This document shows, piece by piece, positions 40,647-50,534 of a stretch of DNA of 64,000 nucleotides. Location of the stretch: the sequence record PQ341120.1; one strand, written 5' to 3'. The position numbers and the translations under genes are program-made. A model generated the notes under the pieces. The model had not been told where the DNA came from, ran no database searches, and saw nothing but the letters and a program-made list of their open reading frames with translations. This DNA comes from Escherichia phage EAWsc9. Positions within the stretch are counted from its first letter, which is position 1, and every line of letters begins with the position of its first letter.

Positions 40647-41240
40647 TCAGCTTGTAAACCGGTGATAGGGAAATTTTTCTTCTGAACAAGAACGGAGGTA
40701 CCAGCCATCCCCTTGTGACTTCTGCACAAGACCAGACTCAGGAACGAAAGCGCCAGGTCCAGCAAGGAATTTTGGTTTAAATCTATAACCTTTGATAGTC
40801 TCTTTTACATTAAACATAATCATAAGGTCAGCAAGCTTGTGCTGCATAAAAGGACCAAGATTGACCCCGTAACCATGCGGATAATCACCATGGCTGCCAG
40901 TGTGCACGGATATCCATTTGGAGTCAGACTGATGAGTTTTGACTTCGATTCTTACCCCTTCTTTCGAAACTACATCAAATGCAAAGGAATAAGGATTATC
41001 GTAATCTTCATCGCCACCACATAAAAAACCGGAGGTCCATTTAGCAATAGCTTGTTCAGCCATTGTAGCCACCATACATCTTTGCATGACTTGCTCACGG
41101 TCCTGGCCAGGGTCTTTACGCAATGAATACCTGGCAGTGTCTACAATCTTTTGCAGGGATTCGGGGGTTAAGTCTTCTTTTGTATAAAGAAAGGAGGGCA
41201 TCTTTTTCAGATGCTCCCATGTTTTACTCTTCTGAATCAT
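40647..41240 (-). CDS. denB: probable endonuclease IV (DenB-like), 197 aa
   Basis: size and position between ndd and rIIB; sequence identity not verified. Confidence 0.5.
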   Translation of the reverse strand: MIQKSKTWEHLKKMPSFLYTKEDLTPESLQKIVDTARYSLRKDPGQDREQVMQRCMVATMAEQAIAKWTSGFLCGGDEDYDNPYSFAFDVVSKEGVRIEVKTHQSDSKWISVHTGSHGDYPHGYGVNLGPFMQHKLADLMIMFNVKETIKGYRFKPKFLAGPGAFVPESGLVQKSQGDGWYLRSCSEEKFPYHRFTS

Positions 41241-41244
41241 AATG

Positions 41245-41565
41245 TCATCCTTTAAAATACATATCGGATTTTTCGATAATATCTAAAGAATTTTGCTCAG
41301 CTTGCTCTTGATAATCGCTGCCAATATAAACTTTGTCCACATGAACGACGCCATAATAAATTCTGGCACTTTCGGCTAGTGTAGAATGGTCCAGACTACG
41401 AAGTTCTTCTTTCGTTGCAAGAATGATGTCCCTCGCATATAACCGCCCAGTTGACTTTGTAGAAGCATAATGACAATCCACACAATAAACAATATCCGCA
41501 ACATGATTACCATGCAACCGGATTTCGTTAATAGATTCATCGCCAACGTTCATATAGTTAATCAT
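41245..41565 (-). CDS. hypothetical protein, 106 aa
   Basis: track ORF. Confidence 0.55.
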   Translation of the reverse strand: MINYMNVGDESINEIRLHGNHVADIVYCVDCHYASTKSTGRLYARDIILATKEELRSLDHSTLAESARIYYGVVHVDKVYIGSDYQEQAEQNSLDIIEKSDMYFKG

Positions 41566-41568
41566 AAT

Positions 41569-41766
41569 TTATTCACCAAAATAAGAGATACGGATTGCCA
41601 GTACATGAGCATATGCGCCCATCGCATCCAGTTGGGCAATCAAAAGACCTTGTTGACGGATATCAAGAGTTTCAAAAACTCCACCCTTAATAAACTCTTC
41701 AAGAGCATTAATTTTCAAAACCAGCTGGTCATATTCTTCAACTACACGTGCTTGGAAACCTAACAT
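41569..41766 (-). CDS. hypothetical protein, 65 aa
   Basis: track ORF. Confidence 0.5.
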   Translation of the reverse strand: MLGFQARVVEEYDQLVLKINALEEFIKGGVFETLDIRQQGLLIAQLDAMGAYAHVLAIRISYFGE

Positions 41767-41799
41767 AAAGCCTCATTAGGGGCCGAAGCCCCGATTAAT

Positions 41800-42771
41800 T
41801 TAGAATTGTTCAGTTACATCATCAAGAACCAGGTAACCACAAACCCTCATCTTACTATCCCCATAATCCACCGGGATACTTACAACATCGCGCGGGTGAA
41901 CTTTACAGGATACGATGCGCCCATCACCATGACCAAAACCACTTCCGATATAACCTTTAGAGCAAACGTGCAACCCAGTTGAACAGGTTTGTTCGTCATT
42001 GTCATTCACACGAGAGCGCGGCATTTTAACATATTGGCCAGGGCTGTTGTCGAATGTATTTGAGTGACAATCTTTGTATGTTGCACGAACCATTTTCCAT
42101 GCGATGAAATGACCGTCTTCGGTGATTTCGATATCGTTAGCAACCAGGAAGTCAAACAAACGCTGTACTGCTTTTTCACTCGGGTTCTCAAGGAGATTCT
42201 CAAGGAATGGCAGATAGAATTCAAAGTCTTCACCATTTTGCATTGAATCAATGATACGAGTAACCAGGCCGGAGCGCAGTTCAATTCCCTGATAGAACAG
42301 ACTACCACCTTCAATACGCACATCACCTTTCACATATTTTTGCACCGCAGCTTTGATTGAGATAAACTCGATAGCATCGTCAAAACGAGATTCTTTGAGT
42401 GCCTGAATAATATCATTAAAGTGTTTATGGTCTTTTGTTGCGTTCCAGACTGTACGGCCTTCAGTGATGGAAACGAATTTGCTTGATGCGTTCCATACGA
42501 TTTCTGGGCGGCTTCCGCCGATTGTATCAGTAACCGGGACTTCAACCGTTACTGTCACCGGAGCATTAATCGCCACACCAACGGCTGCTTTCAGTGATGC
42601 AGAAATGGTTTTAGCTAATTTTGATTCTTTATCATTTTTCAAAACGCGGCGAATGGTGTCAACGGACACAGCAAAATATTCTGCCAATTCAGGCTGGGTA
42701 TAATTGCCCGTTGAATACATCTGGACCACATCAGCTTGTTCGGCTTTAGACATACATTTGATATTAAACAT
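41800..42771 (-). CDS. rIIB: rIIB membrane-associated protein
   Basis: 323 aa; long identical blocks to T4 rIIB (SVDTIRRVLKN, DVRIEGGSLFYQ.IELRSGLV, FLVANDIEITEDG, HVCSK.YI). Confidence 0.95.
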   Translation of the reverse strand: MFNIKCMSKAEQADVVQMYSTGNYTQPELAEYFAVSVDTIRRVLKNDKESKLAKTISASLKAAVGVAINAPVTVTVEVPVTDTIGGSRPEIVWNASSKFVSITEGRTVWNATKDHKHFNDIIQALKESRFDDAIEFISIKAAVQKYVKGDVRIEGGSLFYQGIELRSGLVTRIIDSMQNGEDFEFYLPFLENLLENPSEKAVQRLFDFLVANDIEITEDGHFIAWKMVRATYKDCHSNTFDNSPGQYVKMPRSRVNDNDEQTCSTGLHVCSKGYIGSGFGHGDGRIVSCKVHPRDVVSIPVDYGDSKMRVCGYLVLDDVTEQF

Positions 42772-42772
42772 A

Positions 42773-45007
42773 TTATTCCTTATTGGCCGCTTCCACGGCC
42801 TTCATGATTTGAGCAACGTTCTGTACTTGTTCAGTTGACATGGCGTTACGGTTATATAAAAAGTGTGAAACAATCGGGTGATTCTTTTCAAATTCAAAAA
42901 CCATTTTATCGCTTGTTACCGAAGCGTTTTTGGTCAGGTCGTCATAAATCTTATTACAAAGGACCAGAGTTTCCTGCATGGTCTTATCAACTGTTCCACT
43001 GTTATATGCGTTATAAGCAAAGAACTTATTGAACTGCATTAATTCGGCATAGTCAGTATTCACATCTTTCTGAACATCTTTTGCATAAAAATACTTGAAC
43101 ATAAAATTCAGTTCTGCATATTCAGACAGGATAGGAATATAATAACGCGAACGGCTTGAAGCGGCAATGTACTGGTCCGCATCAACCGCATCAATCAATT
43201 CCACATAACGATTGACTGCAGCTTCAATCAGACAATCACACTGCGCCAGCTTGGTAATCTTTTTCTGAAGCTGTGGACGAATAACACAGAATTCATTGAT
43301 TTCCAACAGGTTTGCCAGTTTACACAATGTCTGGGTCCCGAAGGTCGTGGTGCCATATTCTTGATTCAACGGGGAAATGCTACTGCGGTTAATGAATACA
43401 GCATAACCATCGATTTCCTCTGCATCAGCTGCACATGTAAATTCTTCAACAGACTGCCATTTGCCATTAGTTTTAGTCCAACGAATCAATGATGGAGTCT
43501 TTGACTTAACGCGCGCTTTCGGGTCAGCAACCGGAATCCAGTCTTTTACAAGGGCGGTCAGTTCAGACGTACGATAGATATTAACTGTATCGCCTTTAAA
43601 TCGTTCTTGAAGTTGAACCATCAGACGTGTTTGAATTTCGCTGGTTGGGTCAACGAACAATAGACTACTACCTTGTACAGTCGGGACTTTACCAGATGCT
43701 TTGAGCTTTTTGGCTTTCGCGCTGGTGTCATACAGCATTGAACTGATGCCCCGAATCATCGCAATTCGCCCTTTAGCATCGTCAATAACAATGTTCAAGG
43801 TATTATTCTGAATACCAAACATGCTCGTCAGGCTTGCAGTATTCGTGTTCGAGCTTGAGTTACGCAGACGTTTCAGACGGGTAGTGCTATAGATATCATA
43901 GACAACCCCGGCATTAATAAGGTCTTTGTCCAGCTCGAACATTTCATACATCTGGTTAAAGGTCAATTGCGATTTCGTAAATTTCGTTTCAGCATTACGA
44001 GCTTTCAGAAAATTACGAGCTTCATAACTCAGACTCTGTAATTCGCGATACGTGTGGCGGATACATTCTGATTCCTGCCATTTCTTACAATCATCTTCCA
44101 TGACTTTCTTATCAAGGGATTCAATACGTTCAACGATATTTGCGACCGTACGTTTATCCAGTGATAATGCTTCGCGAGAAGGTGCAATATCCAACGAACC
44201 CATCGGGAACTTAATAAAGACAACATCATTTTTGGCAGTCATCCAGGTTTTCTTTGTATAACCGTCAGCAATTGGATAAACAATTCCACCGTAAATTGCA
44301 TAAAGACCATAACGTTCTGGGCTGCTATAATCAATACGCTCTGGAGCATAATAATCATCAAATTCCGGGAAATAATTAATTTCGCCTACGCCTTGTACTT
44401 CAGCCAGTCCAGCAAATGGACGCATGATATATGCAATCTCGTGGCGGAACTTACCAAAATCATTACTATCAACCGGGACAACAACTTCAATCCCTGTGCG
44501 GTCGCCAGGTTTCATTGGTTCGCTAAAGGTTGGCTTAATCTGTGGACCATCACCATCCATATAAGCGACATAACCATTAACTTGACCATCATGATACGAA
44601 ATCAGGCTAAACGTCTCTGTATAACTGAACGGAGATTTAGAGCCCAAACCAAAGCCGCCAATAAAATCATTAGATTCAGCCTTGGATGATGCAAAGAAAC
44701 TGTTATACAGACCTGGAGTGTTTTCATCACCACGAATCTGGAAATCACTCATACCTGGACCAAAGTCACGACACACAAAACGTGGGTCCAGTTCACCAGG
44801 AGCCTGAACAATGAATTTATCCTGACAGCCATTGAGCATATGAGCATCAATCATATTGGTAATCAGCTCACGAACAACCGCGCGCACCTTATTTGTATAA
44901 AGGTCACTGGTCAGAATCTTAAACACCTTTGGAGATGCCTGGATTGTGAATGCTGATGCCTTGGCACCATTACCAAGGATTGTTTCCTTTTCAGTTTCTA
45001 AAATCAT
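42773..45007 (-). CDS. rIIA: rIIA protein
   Basis: 744 aa; position next to rIIB; N-terminal ATPase-like region. Confidence 0.88.
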   Translation of the reverse strand: MILETEKETILGNGAKASAFTIQASPKVFKILTSDLYTNKVRAVVRELITNMIDAHMLNGCQDKFIVQAPGELDPRFVCRDFGPGMSDFQIRGDENTPGLYNSFFASSKAESNDFIGGFGLGSKSPFSYTETFSLISYHDGQVNGYVAYMDGDGPQIKPTFSEPMKPGDRTGIEVVVPVDSNDFGKFRHEIAYIMRPFAGLAEVQGVGEINYFPEFDDYYAPERIDYSSPERYGLYAIYGGIVYPIADGYTKKTWMTAKNDVVFIKFPMGSLDIAPSREALSLDKRTVANIVERIESLDKKVMEDDCKKWQESECIRHTYRELQSLSYEARNFLKARNAETKFTKSQLTFNQMYEMFELDKDLINAGVVYDIYSTTRLKRLRNSSSNTNTASLTSMFGIQNNTLNIVIDDAKGRIAMIRGISSMLYDTSAKAKKLKASGKVPTVQGSSLLFVDPTSEIQTRLMVQLQERFKGDTVNIYRTSELTALVKDWIPVADPKARVKSKTPSLIRWTKTNGKWQSVEEFTCAADAEEIDGYAVFINRSSISPLNQEYGTTTFGTQTLCKLANLLEINEFCVIRPQLQKKITKLAQCDCLIEAAVNRYVELIDAVDADQYIAASSRSRYYIPILSEYAELNFMFKYFYAKDVQKDVNTDYAELMQFNKFFAYNAYNSGTVDKTMQETLVLCNKIYDDLTKNASVTSDKMVFEFEKNHPIVSHFLYNRNAMSTEQVQNVAQIMKAVEAANKE

Positions 45008-45014
45008 GTTTTTC

Positions 45015-45224
45015 TCACTTTATGTTACGTTTGATTAATTCTGCAACTTCAAGAAGTTCATCCTTTGTTGCGGTGTCTGAAGCTATTTTAATACGGATTT
45101 CTTTGAAGCGTTCTTTAAACTCTTCAGCTTCTCTTATATCAAAAAATCGTTGGATAACACGGTATTCTTTATGGACAGCTTTATCAAACAGTTCCATATT
45201 AACTTTGAAGTTTGTCATTTCCAA
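45015..45224 (-). CDS. hypothetical protein, 69 aa
   Basis: track ORF. Confidence 0.5.
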   Translation of the reverse strand: MEMTNFKVNMELFDKAVHKEYRVIQRFFDIREAEEFKERFKEIRIKIASDTATKDELLEVAELIKRNIK

Positions 45225-45483
45225 TCTCCTGCAATATTTTTCTCATACTACGCATGGTAGCTTTATGTTCTTGGCCATGGTATATCAATGCAAGGAGTGC
45301 TTCAATTCGCTCCTCAGGGACCTTCTGGCCAGCCTTAATGCTCATGGCTGCTGTTCTTACAGCCAACAAGTAACTTCGCTTCCTGTCGCTATCTGGGAGC
45401 TCCTGTACCTTCCTCAGGCCTGCTTCCATAATACACCGGGCGACATTTTGCAGATTAACTAAACTTCCGTCAGACATAATCAT
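45199..45483 (-). CDS. hypothetical protein, 94 aa
   Basis: track ORF. Confidence 0.5.
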   Translation of the reverse strand: MIMSDGSLVNLQNVARCIMEAGLRKVQELPDSDRKRSYLLAVRTAAMSIKAGQKVPEERIEALLALIYHGQEHKATMRSMRKILQEIGNDKLQS

Positions 45484-45539
45484 ATTTTCACCTCAAGGAT
45501 ATCCTAACGCACTTTTTACAGCTTGTACATAATAAAAAA

Positions 45540-45560
45540 AAAGGACCCGAAGGTCCTTTT
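45540..45560 (-). terminator. rho-independent terminator
   Basis: AGGACC-CGAA-GGTCCT plus T-run in minus sense. Confidence 0.65.
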
Positions 45561-45562
45561 GG

Positions 45563-45715
45563 CTACTCAACTTTATAGACTTGCCCATATGCGGTATAGT
45601 ATTCGCCATCCCAAGTCTCGCACATAATGGTGACAAAGGATGCAAACAGAGGTTTAGTATCGGCCCACAGATAACCGTATTCGCCATTTGACAACGTAAC
45701 CCACCACTTTTTCAT
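45563..45715 (-). CDS. hypothetical protein, 50 aa (preferred over track ORF 45493..45687, which reads through the terminator hairpin)
   Basis: GGAG SD 8 nt before ATG; ends just before the terminator. Confidence 0.4.
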   Translation of the reverse strand: MKKWWVTLSNGEYGYLWADTKPLFASFVTIMCETWDGEYYTAYGQVYKVE

Positions 45716-45757
45716 GGACTTCTCCTATAAGACGGGAGAATATTCTCCCACATCTAT

Positions 45758-47590
45758 TTATAGTGTCGCATTCATCCAATCTTTACGCTGCTGGGAATCT
45801 TTACCGAAGAGCATTTCGAACAGTTCTTTCCAGTTGTCGGGCAATTGAACAACTTCGAATACTGGTTCGAGCAATACGCGTTTGTACTCAGCATCTTCCA
45901 GAGAACCAAGTCCCTTTATATATCTGATAGTATGCTTCGGAAGTTTATCCTTAGCTTCTTCATAATCAGGAAGAGAATAAAACCATTCTTGTTTATCTTT
46001 GAGCTGCGCAATAATAACAGGAGTTTTCACAAAGCGAATTCGTCCTTCATGGAACAGCTCTGGCCAGTTACTGAAAAACGCCAATAACGATGGATAGATA
46101 CTACCGACGCCATCCACATCCGCATCTGTCATGATAGCAATGTTTCGGTAATTCATATTCTCGGCCGGTTGTCCAATCGTTAACCCAGTAATTGCACACA
46201 CATCAAAGGCTTCGGCGTTCTTCATAACATCAACAGCTTTCAGGCCCCATGTGTTTTTAAACTTACCACGTAACGGATAAGCACCTTGCAATTCACGGTC
46301 GCGAACCTTGATAAATGGCCCGGTTGCAGAATCACCTTCGGTCAGGAATAGAGTCGTTTCCAGCTTATCATTGCCCCATTCGTTGGCCTTGATATGCTTT
46401 TGCACCTTGGCCTTTGAAGCTTTCTTATTCGCCTTGGTCTCTGCTGCTTTCTCTGCAGCCAATTTACGGGCTAATGCAGCTTCAACAATCGGCATAATCA
46501 GCGGTTCATTTTTCAGAATAGCTTGCGCGATTTTCTTGGCATCAATCTTAATGTGATTTCGAATTTCACCAGCCGGAGAAGTCAATCGCTCCTTAGTCTG
46601 GGAATCAAATCGCATGTTGCTCATATCGCGAATGAACATAAGCATGGTGAGGCATTCCTTAACTCGTGCCTTTGTCACCTCAATGCCTTTATATTTGCGT
46701 TTAATGGCTGGCTGAAGATGTTCACAGATATCATCCATAACACATTCAACGTGGTGTCCACCATTCTTTGTATGAATGTTGTTGACATAAGTCAACTGGC
46801 GGAAACCATCCGGGCTAGTCGTAAAGGCCATCGATACTGTATCAGTTTCCTGGATAACAACTTCGGTTCCGAATTGCTTGGCGAACTTCTTGAAATTGCC
46901 ATCAACCTTTTTACCATTAAAGGTAAACTGAATATCTGGATAAACAACCGCAAGAGTCTGCAGACGGTCCAATGTAATATCCAGATAAATCTGGGACAGG
47001 CTATTTTCTTCAAAGTGACTGAAGTCCGGAACAAAAATAACAGTTGTACCTTTACCCTTAGATTTCTTGGTAGACCAACCTTTGTTTTCCATACCATTGG
47101 AGCAGTTAACGGTGATTTCATTTGCGCCGTCGGCGGTAATCCCGGTGAACAATACAGAGAAAATATTGGTCAGAGAAGACCCGACGCCATTCATCCCACC
47201 AGTTTTACGTTCAGCATCATCACCGAAGTTACCACCTGCTTTTGGAATAGTCCATGCTGCAACCGGGCCAGGGATTTGTTCACCGTTTTGGTCTGTAACC
47301 ATTGCTTGTGGAATACCACGGCCATTATCGGAAACCGAAATCTGATTATCTTTAATTTGGACATCAATTTTATTGGCAAATTTAAAACTGGTGCGAATTG
47401 CTTCATCAACAGAGTTATCGATAATTTCATCAATCAGTTTTACAATACCAGGAACATAGCTTACGGACTTATATTCACCAAACAAGAATCGCTCATGCGC
47501 TTCATTTGAACTGGAACCAATATACATCCCGGAACGTTTTTTGATATGCTCGACGTCCGAGAGTACTTTAATTTCATTATTAATCATCAT
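45758..47590 (-). CDS. 39: DNA topoisomerase II large (ATPase) subunit, single fused ORF covering T4 gp39 plus gp60
   Basis: 610-aa continuous ORF; GHKL ATPase N-terminus and toprim C-terminus; no frameshift or gap. Confidence 0.93.
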   Translation of the reverse strand: MMINNEIKVLSDVEHIKKRSGMYIGSSSNEAHERFLFGEYKSVSYVPGIVKLIDEIIDNSVDEAIRTSFKFANKIDVQIKDNQISVSDNGRGIPQAMVTDQNGEQIPGPVAAWTIPKAGGNFGDDAERKTGGMNGVGSSLTNIFSVLFTGITADGANEITVNCSNGMENKGWSTKKSKGKGTTVIFVPDFSHFEENSLSQIYLDITLDRLQTLAVVYPDIQFTFNGKKVDGNFKKFAKQFGTEVVIQETDTVSMAFTTSPDGFRQLTYVNNIHTKNGGHHVECVMDDICEHLQPAIKRKYKGIEVTKARVKECLTMLMFIRDMSNMRFDSQTKERLTSPAGEIRNHIKIDAKKIAQAILKNEPLIMPIVEAALARKLAAEKAAETKANKKASKAKVQKHIKANEWGNDKLETTLFLTEGDSATGPFIKVRDRELQGAYPLRGKFKNTWGLKAVDVMKNAEAFDVCAITGLTIGQPAENMNYRNIAIMTDADVDGVGSIYPSLLAFFSNWPELFHEGRIRFVKTPVIIAQLKDKQEWFYSLPDYEEAKDKLPKHTIRYIKGLGSLEDAEYKRVLLEPVFEVVQLPDNWKELFEMLFGKDSQQRKDWMNATL

Positions 47591-47607
47591 CTTTCCTCTT
47601 GTGTATG

Positions 47608-47642
47608 GAGGTATTATAAGTCACATATTTTAAAGCAAAAAG
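47608..47642 (-). promoter_or_regulatory. MotA-dependent middle promoter for gene 39
   Basis: minus-sense TTTGCTTTA (MotA box) about 12 bp before TTATAATAC. Confidence 0.55.
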
Positions 47643-47660
47643 GCCCGAAGGCCTTTTATT
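47636..47660 (-). terminator. rho-independent terminator
   Basis: GGCC-CGAA-GGCC with T-runs on both strands. Confidence 0.6.
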
Positions 47661-48057
47661 TGAATCGAAGCTGCTCTAACATTTTAATAGCTTGTAGGCG
47701 CCCGGCTTCAGTTTTAACCGTAATAATAACATCGCCACCGGTAACAACGATATCCTCTTTTGATTCCTGTTCGGTTATTTCAGAATCACATTCCTTTGGG
47801 GTTTCTTCAAAATATTTAAATTCATCACCAAAAATAAGACCGGTTCCATTACGACTATGGAAAGAAAATCCAGTTCCATCGATAGTACTAAATTCCGTCA
47901 CAACATTTGCTTCCATCTTGGTGACTGAAAACTCTTTGGTAGTAATCAAATCAATGATAGAGGTTCCTTGCTGGTTCAAAATGCAACCGGGCATACCGAC
48001 ATGTTTAAGGAAGCCATCTAAATCTTTAATGCAATAACTCTTTCCAATTTTAAACAT
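47656..48057 (-). CDS. hypothetical protein, about 133 aa (track ORF 47656..48234 trimmed)
   Basis: GAGGATATT SD before internal ATG. Confidence 0.5.
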   Translation of the reverse strand: MFKIGKSYCIKDLDGFLKHVGMPGCILNQQGTSIIDLITTKEFSVTKMEANVVTEFSTIDGTGFSFHSRNGTGLIFGDEFKYFEETPKECDSEITEQESKEDIVVTGGDVIITVKTEAGRLQAIKMLEQLRFK

Positions 48058-48064
48058 AATATCC

Positions 48065-48325
48065 TCATTCAAATCGGATGGTTGAATTCTTGAACAACAA
48101 ACCAGAACAAACAGTTCCTTCAACTTTCTTACCAGTTGGACCCACGGCCGTAAAGCCTGTGTGTTGGAAATCATCTTTACCACAAGAGAACCAATTATAT
48201 CCGGTGATTTGGATTTGCTCATAGCCGTTTGCATCTAATACACGAATGGCGTTATCTGCATCAGTACAACCAGCTAATGAAACCGCCAGCACCAGCGCTG
48301 CAATAGAACGATTAATGTATTTCAT
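48065..48325 (-). CDS. small lipoprotein, 86 aa
   Basis: signal peptide with lipobox LAGC. Confidence 0.6.
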   Translation of the reverse strand: MKYINRSIAALVLAVSLAGCTDADNAIRVLDANGYEQIQITGYNWFSCGKDDFQHTGFTAVGPTGKKVEGTVCSGLLFKNSTIRFE

Positions 48326-48331
48326 AATTTC

Positions 48332-48508
48332 TCACTTAGTCAGCAGGTCGTAAAAACCGCCATTAACATGTTTAGGGGCCGAGACTAACCGAACAGCCAG
48401 CCGATGGCAATCAGGACAAACATCATTATCTCTTTCAGAGATTTTCTTGATTTTTTCGTATTCTTTCGCGCAGTCATTGGATTGACATTTGTAATCATAA
48501 AGTGGCAT
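48332..48508 (-). CDS. zinc-ribbon protein, 58 aa
   Basis: MPLYDYKCQSNDC ... CPDC two-CxxC arrangement. Confidence 0.5.
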   Translation of the reverse strand: MPLYDYKCQSNDCAKEYEKIKKISERDNDVCPDCHRLAVRLVSAPKHVNGGFYDLLTK

Positions 48509-48509
48509 G

Positions 48510-48881
48510 TTATTCCTTAAAGTGTGCTTTCAACATCTGGTAAACGGTCCAGGCTTCGGAGTTATTAGTGATGGTGATTTTAGTCAAAGGGAATTCGCTT
48601 GGCTCAGATGGAGCTGCGTCTTCGCATTCATCTTCAGTATCGTCATCTTTTTCTTCTTCAAAGAAACGGAATTCGTCTTCCTTTATGAATAGGCTCACAA
48701 ATTCACCAGTTGATAATTCCATTTTATACACATCACCATCTTCAATTCTGACTGGTCTAAATCCCTCGCCATTGATTATAGCATTGGCTATATTATCATT
48801 ATCTGTGCATAACAAACGGAATCTGCTTTCAGCAACATTATCTTTAAAATAATACCACTTATCAGTTTCAAATTTAGACAT
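48510..48881 (-). CDS. acidic hypothetical protein, 123 aa (track ORF 48510..49004 trimmed)
   Basis: GGAGATTTATAATG. Confidence 0.5.
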   Translation of the reverse strand: MSKFETDKWYYFKDNVAESRFRLLCTDNDNIANAIINGEGFRPVRIEDGDVYKMELSTGEFVSLFIKEDEFRFFEEEKDDDTEDECEDAAPSEPSEFPLTKITITNNSEAWTVYQMLKAHFKE

Positions 48882-49098
48882 TATAAATCTCCTTCCAAAA
48901 ATCTGTACCATCTTCTGATTCTTCGCGGAACAGCGCATAGCTAGGAAGTTCTGCGTCTTTGTCTGTATACACATAAATGATATCAGTGGTGCAAAGAAAT
49001 TCATTGATGTTTTTCTTCACAATCACTTTATCACTTTCGGCAGTGTCCCAAAACTCTTCAGCGGTCAGGGAAGTGGTCACACAATCTTCATTAAACAT
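48874..49098 (-). CDS. hypothetical protein, 74 aa
   Basis: track ORF. Confidence 0.5.
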   Translation of the reverse strand: MFNEDCVTTSLTAEEFWDTAESDKVIVKKNINEFLCTTDIIYVYTDKDAELPSYALFREESEDGTDFWKEIYNV

Positions 49099-49144
49099 AA
49101 TATTCTCCTCATTGATAGGGCAAAAACCCTATCATTTTTATAAT

Positions 49145-49699
49145 TTAGGCAAAATGAATATCAGCATACTCAACGATAAAGCTCTCAGGAACAACCTTAA
49201 AGGTTCCAAGGAACACGATATTATACAGTTTGACCCCTTCTTCAACCCACTGGTCTGTGATGTAACCAGACATGCTAGTGGTTTCATAAGTCGGACCATA
49301 CATGCAATTGTATTCAAACGGTTTAGGTGAAACAAAAAAGACACCTTTGCCCAATTTCCATTTAAAATCAACCCCAACATGAGACTGGTCAATGGTTTCA
49401 ACGTCTTGAGCAATTACGCCACGAATATCATTACTTTCGCACACATATCCATCATGGGATTCAACTTCTTCAGACACAGGAGCGATATATCCAGTAAATT
49501 CGGTTGATTCTAGGAATTTAGGATGCACATAAGCCAATTGAGTTTCAGTCTGACCATTTTTAGGAATGATACGCACTTTAACTTCTTTAATTCCACCTAC
49601 TAAATTAGTGCGAAGACCCACAACCTCAACAAAACGACCAGCAGCTTTAGAACGAGATTCTTTAGAAACACGTACAATATCACCAGCTTCAACTTTCAT
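49145..49699 (-). CDS. hypothetical protein, 184 aa; shares its C-terminal domain with the next gene
   Basis: C-terminal YITDQWVEEGVKLYNIVF.GTFKVVP vs WVTDQWIEDGVELLNVVHAGEFTVVP. Confidence 0.6.
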   Translation of the reverse strand: MKVEAGDIVRVSKESRSKAAGRFVEVVGLRTNLVGGIKEVKVRIIPKNGQTETQLAYVHPKFLESTEFTGYIAPVSEEVESHDGYVCESNDIRGVIAQDVETIDQSHVGVDFKWKLGKGVFFVSPKPFEYNCMYGPTYETTSMSGYITDQWVEEGVKLYNIVFLGTFKVVPESFIVEYADIHFA

Positions 49700-49724
49700 A
49701 ATTTTCTCTCTTGGTTAATAAGTT

Positions 49725-49767
49725 TATTCTCCAGTGGGGTCATTATACTCTGACCCCAAGAGTTTGT
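49725..49767 (-). promoter_or_regulatory. T4-type early promoter, 41-bp identical copy of the one at 38512..38556
   Basis: CCAGTGGGGTCATTATACTCTGACCCCAAGAGTTTGTACAC at both sites. Confidence 0.6.
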
Positions 49768-49778
49768 ACACTTTAAAT

Positions 49779-50534
49779 TTAATTAAAAATTTCAACAACC
49801 ATGGAACGTGGTACAACAGTAAATTCACCAGCGTGGACAACGTTCAGGAGTTCAACACCATCTTCAATCCACTGGTCTGTTACCCAACCACAAATGGAAC
49901 TGTTAAATGGGCGTTTGATTTGAACTGGTTTGCATAACAAGTCAATAGGGTCACCCAGTTCGCTAACTTCTTCCAGAAGTACAGATTCACGCGGATAAAG
50001 GATAGCTTCAAGATTGTCACCTGATTCATTGACTGCAGTAAATTCAAAGATGCTTTGGTGATTGTGGTACTTAACTGTTTTAACGGTAAATGGAGCAAAT
50101 CCAAAAATACCTTTCAGTACCCGCCAACCAGCATGCATTGCGACAGTCTTTCCAAACTGACTGGCATCTTCAATAAGCTGATAGGTTTTACCAACTTTGA
50201 TAGGAATTTCTTCAACTTCTTTGAAGAGTACAATCTCAGCTTCATAAATCATAATTTTTTCTACTTCATTAGTATCAAGGCGACGTGCATGCAGAATATA
50301 TGCGTTATCAAACCAGTTACTTTTTACAAAAGTTTCAACAATAAATTCGCCTTTACCCAAAGCATCAACCAGAGTATTATACCCTAAAACCATAGCTGCG
50401 TTTTGAACAATAGGTTCAATCAGTTGATAAGTTTTGTTAATTTCAATAGTCATATTTTGTTTCTCAAGTTTTAATGGTTTAATTGGACACACGTAAGTGC
50501 TTACAACATCAAAGTCAATAAATTCTGGTTTCAT
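49779..50534 (-). CDS. hypothetical protein, 251 aa, with internal repeats and paralogous C-terminal domain
   Basis: two K(T/V)GKTYQLIE repeats; C-terminal similarity to 49145..49699. Confidence 0.6.
   Translation of the reverse strand: MKPEFIDFDVVSTYVCPIKPLKLEKQNMTIEINKTYQLIEPIVQNAAMVLGYNTLVDALGKGEFIVETFVKSNWFDNAYILHARRLDTNEVEKIMIYEAEIVLFKEVEEIPIKVGKTYQLIEDASQFGKTVAMHAGWRVLKGIFGFAPFTVKTVKYHNHQSIFEFTAVNESGDNLEAILYPRESVLLEEVSELGDPIDLLCKPVQIKRPFNSSICGWVTDQWIEDGVELLNVVHAGEFTVVPRSMVVEIFN

Noticed and set aside
45493-45687. 64-aa track ORF downstream of gene 39
   Set aside because: It reads through the terminator hairpin at 45540-45560 and lacks an SD; an alternative 50-aa frame (45563..45715) with a GGAG SD ending before the terminator fits better.
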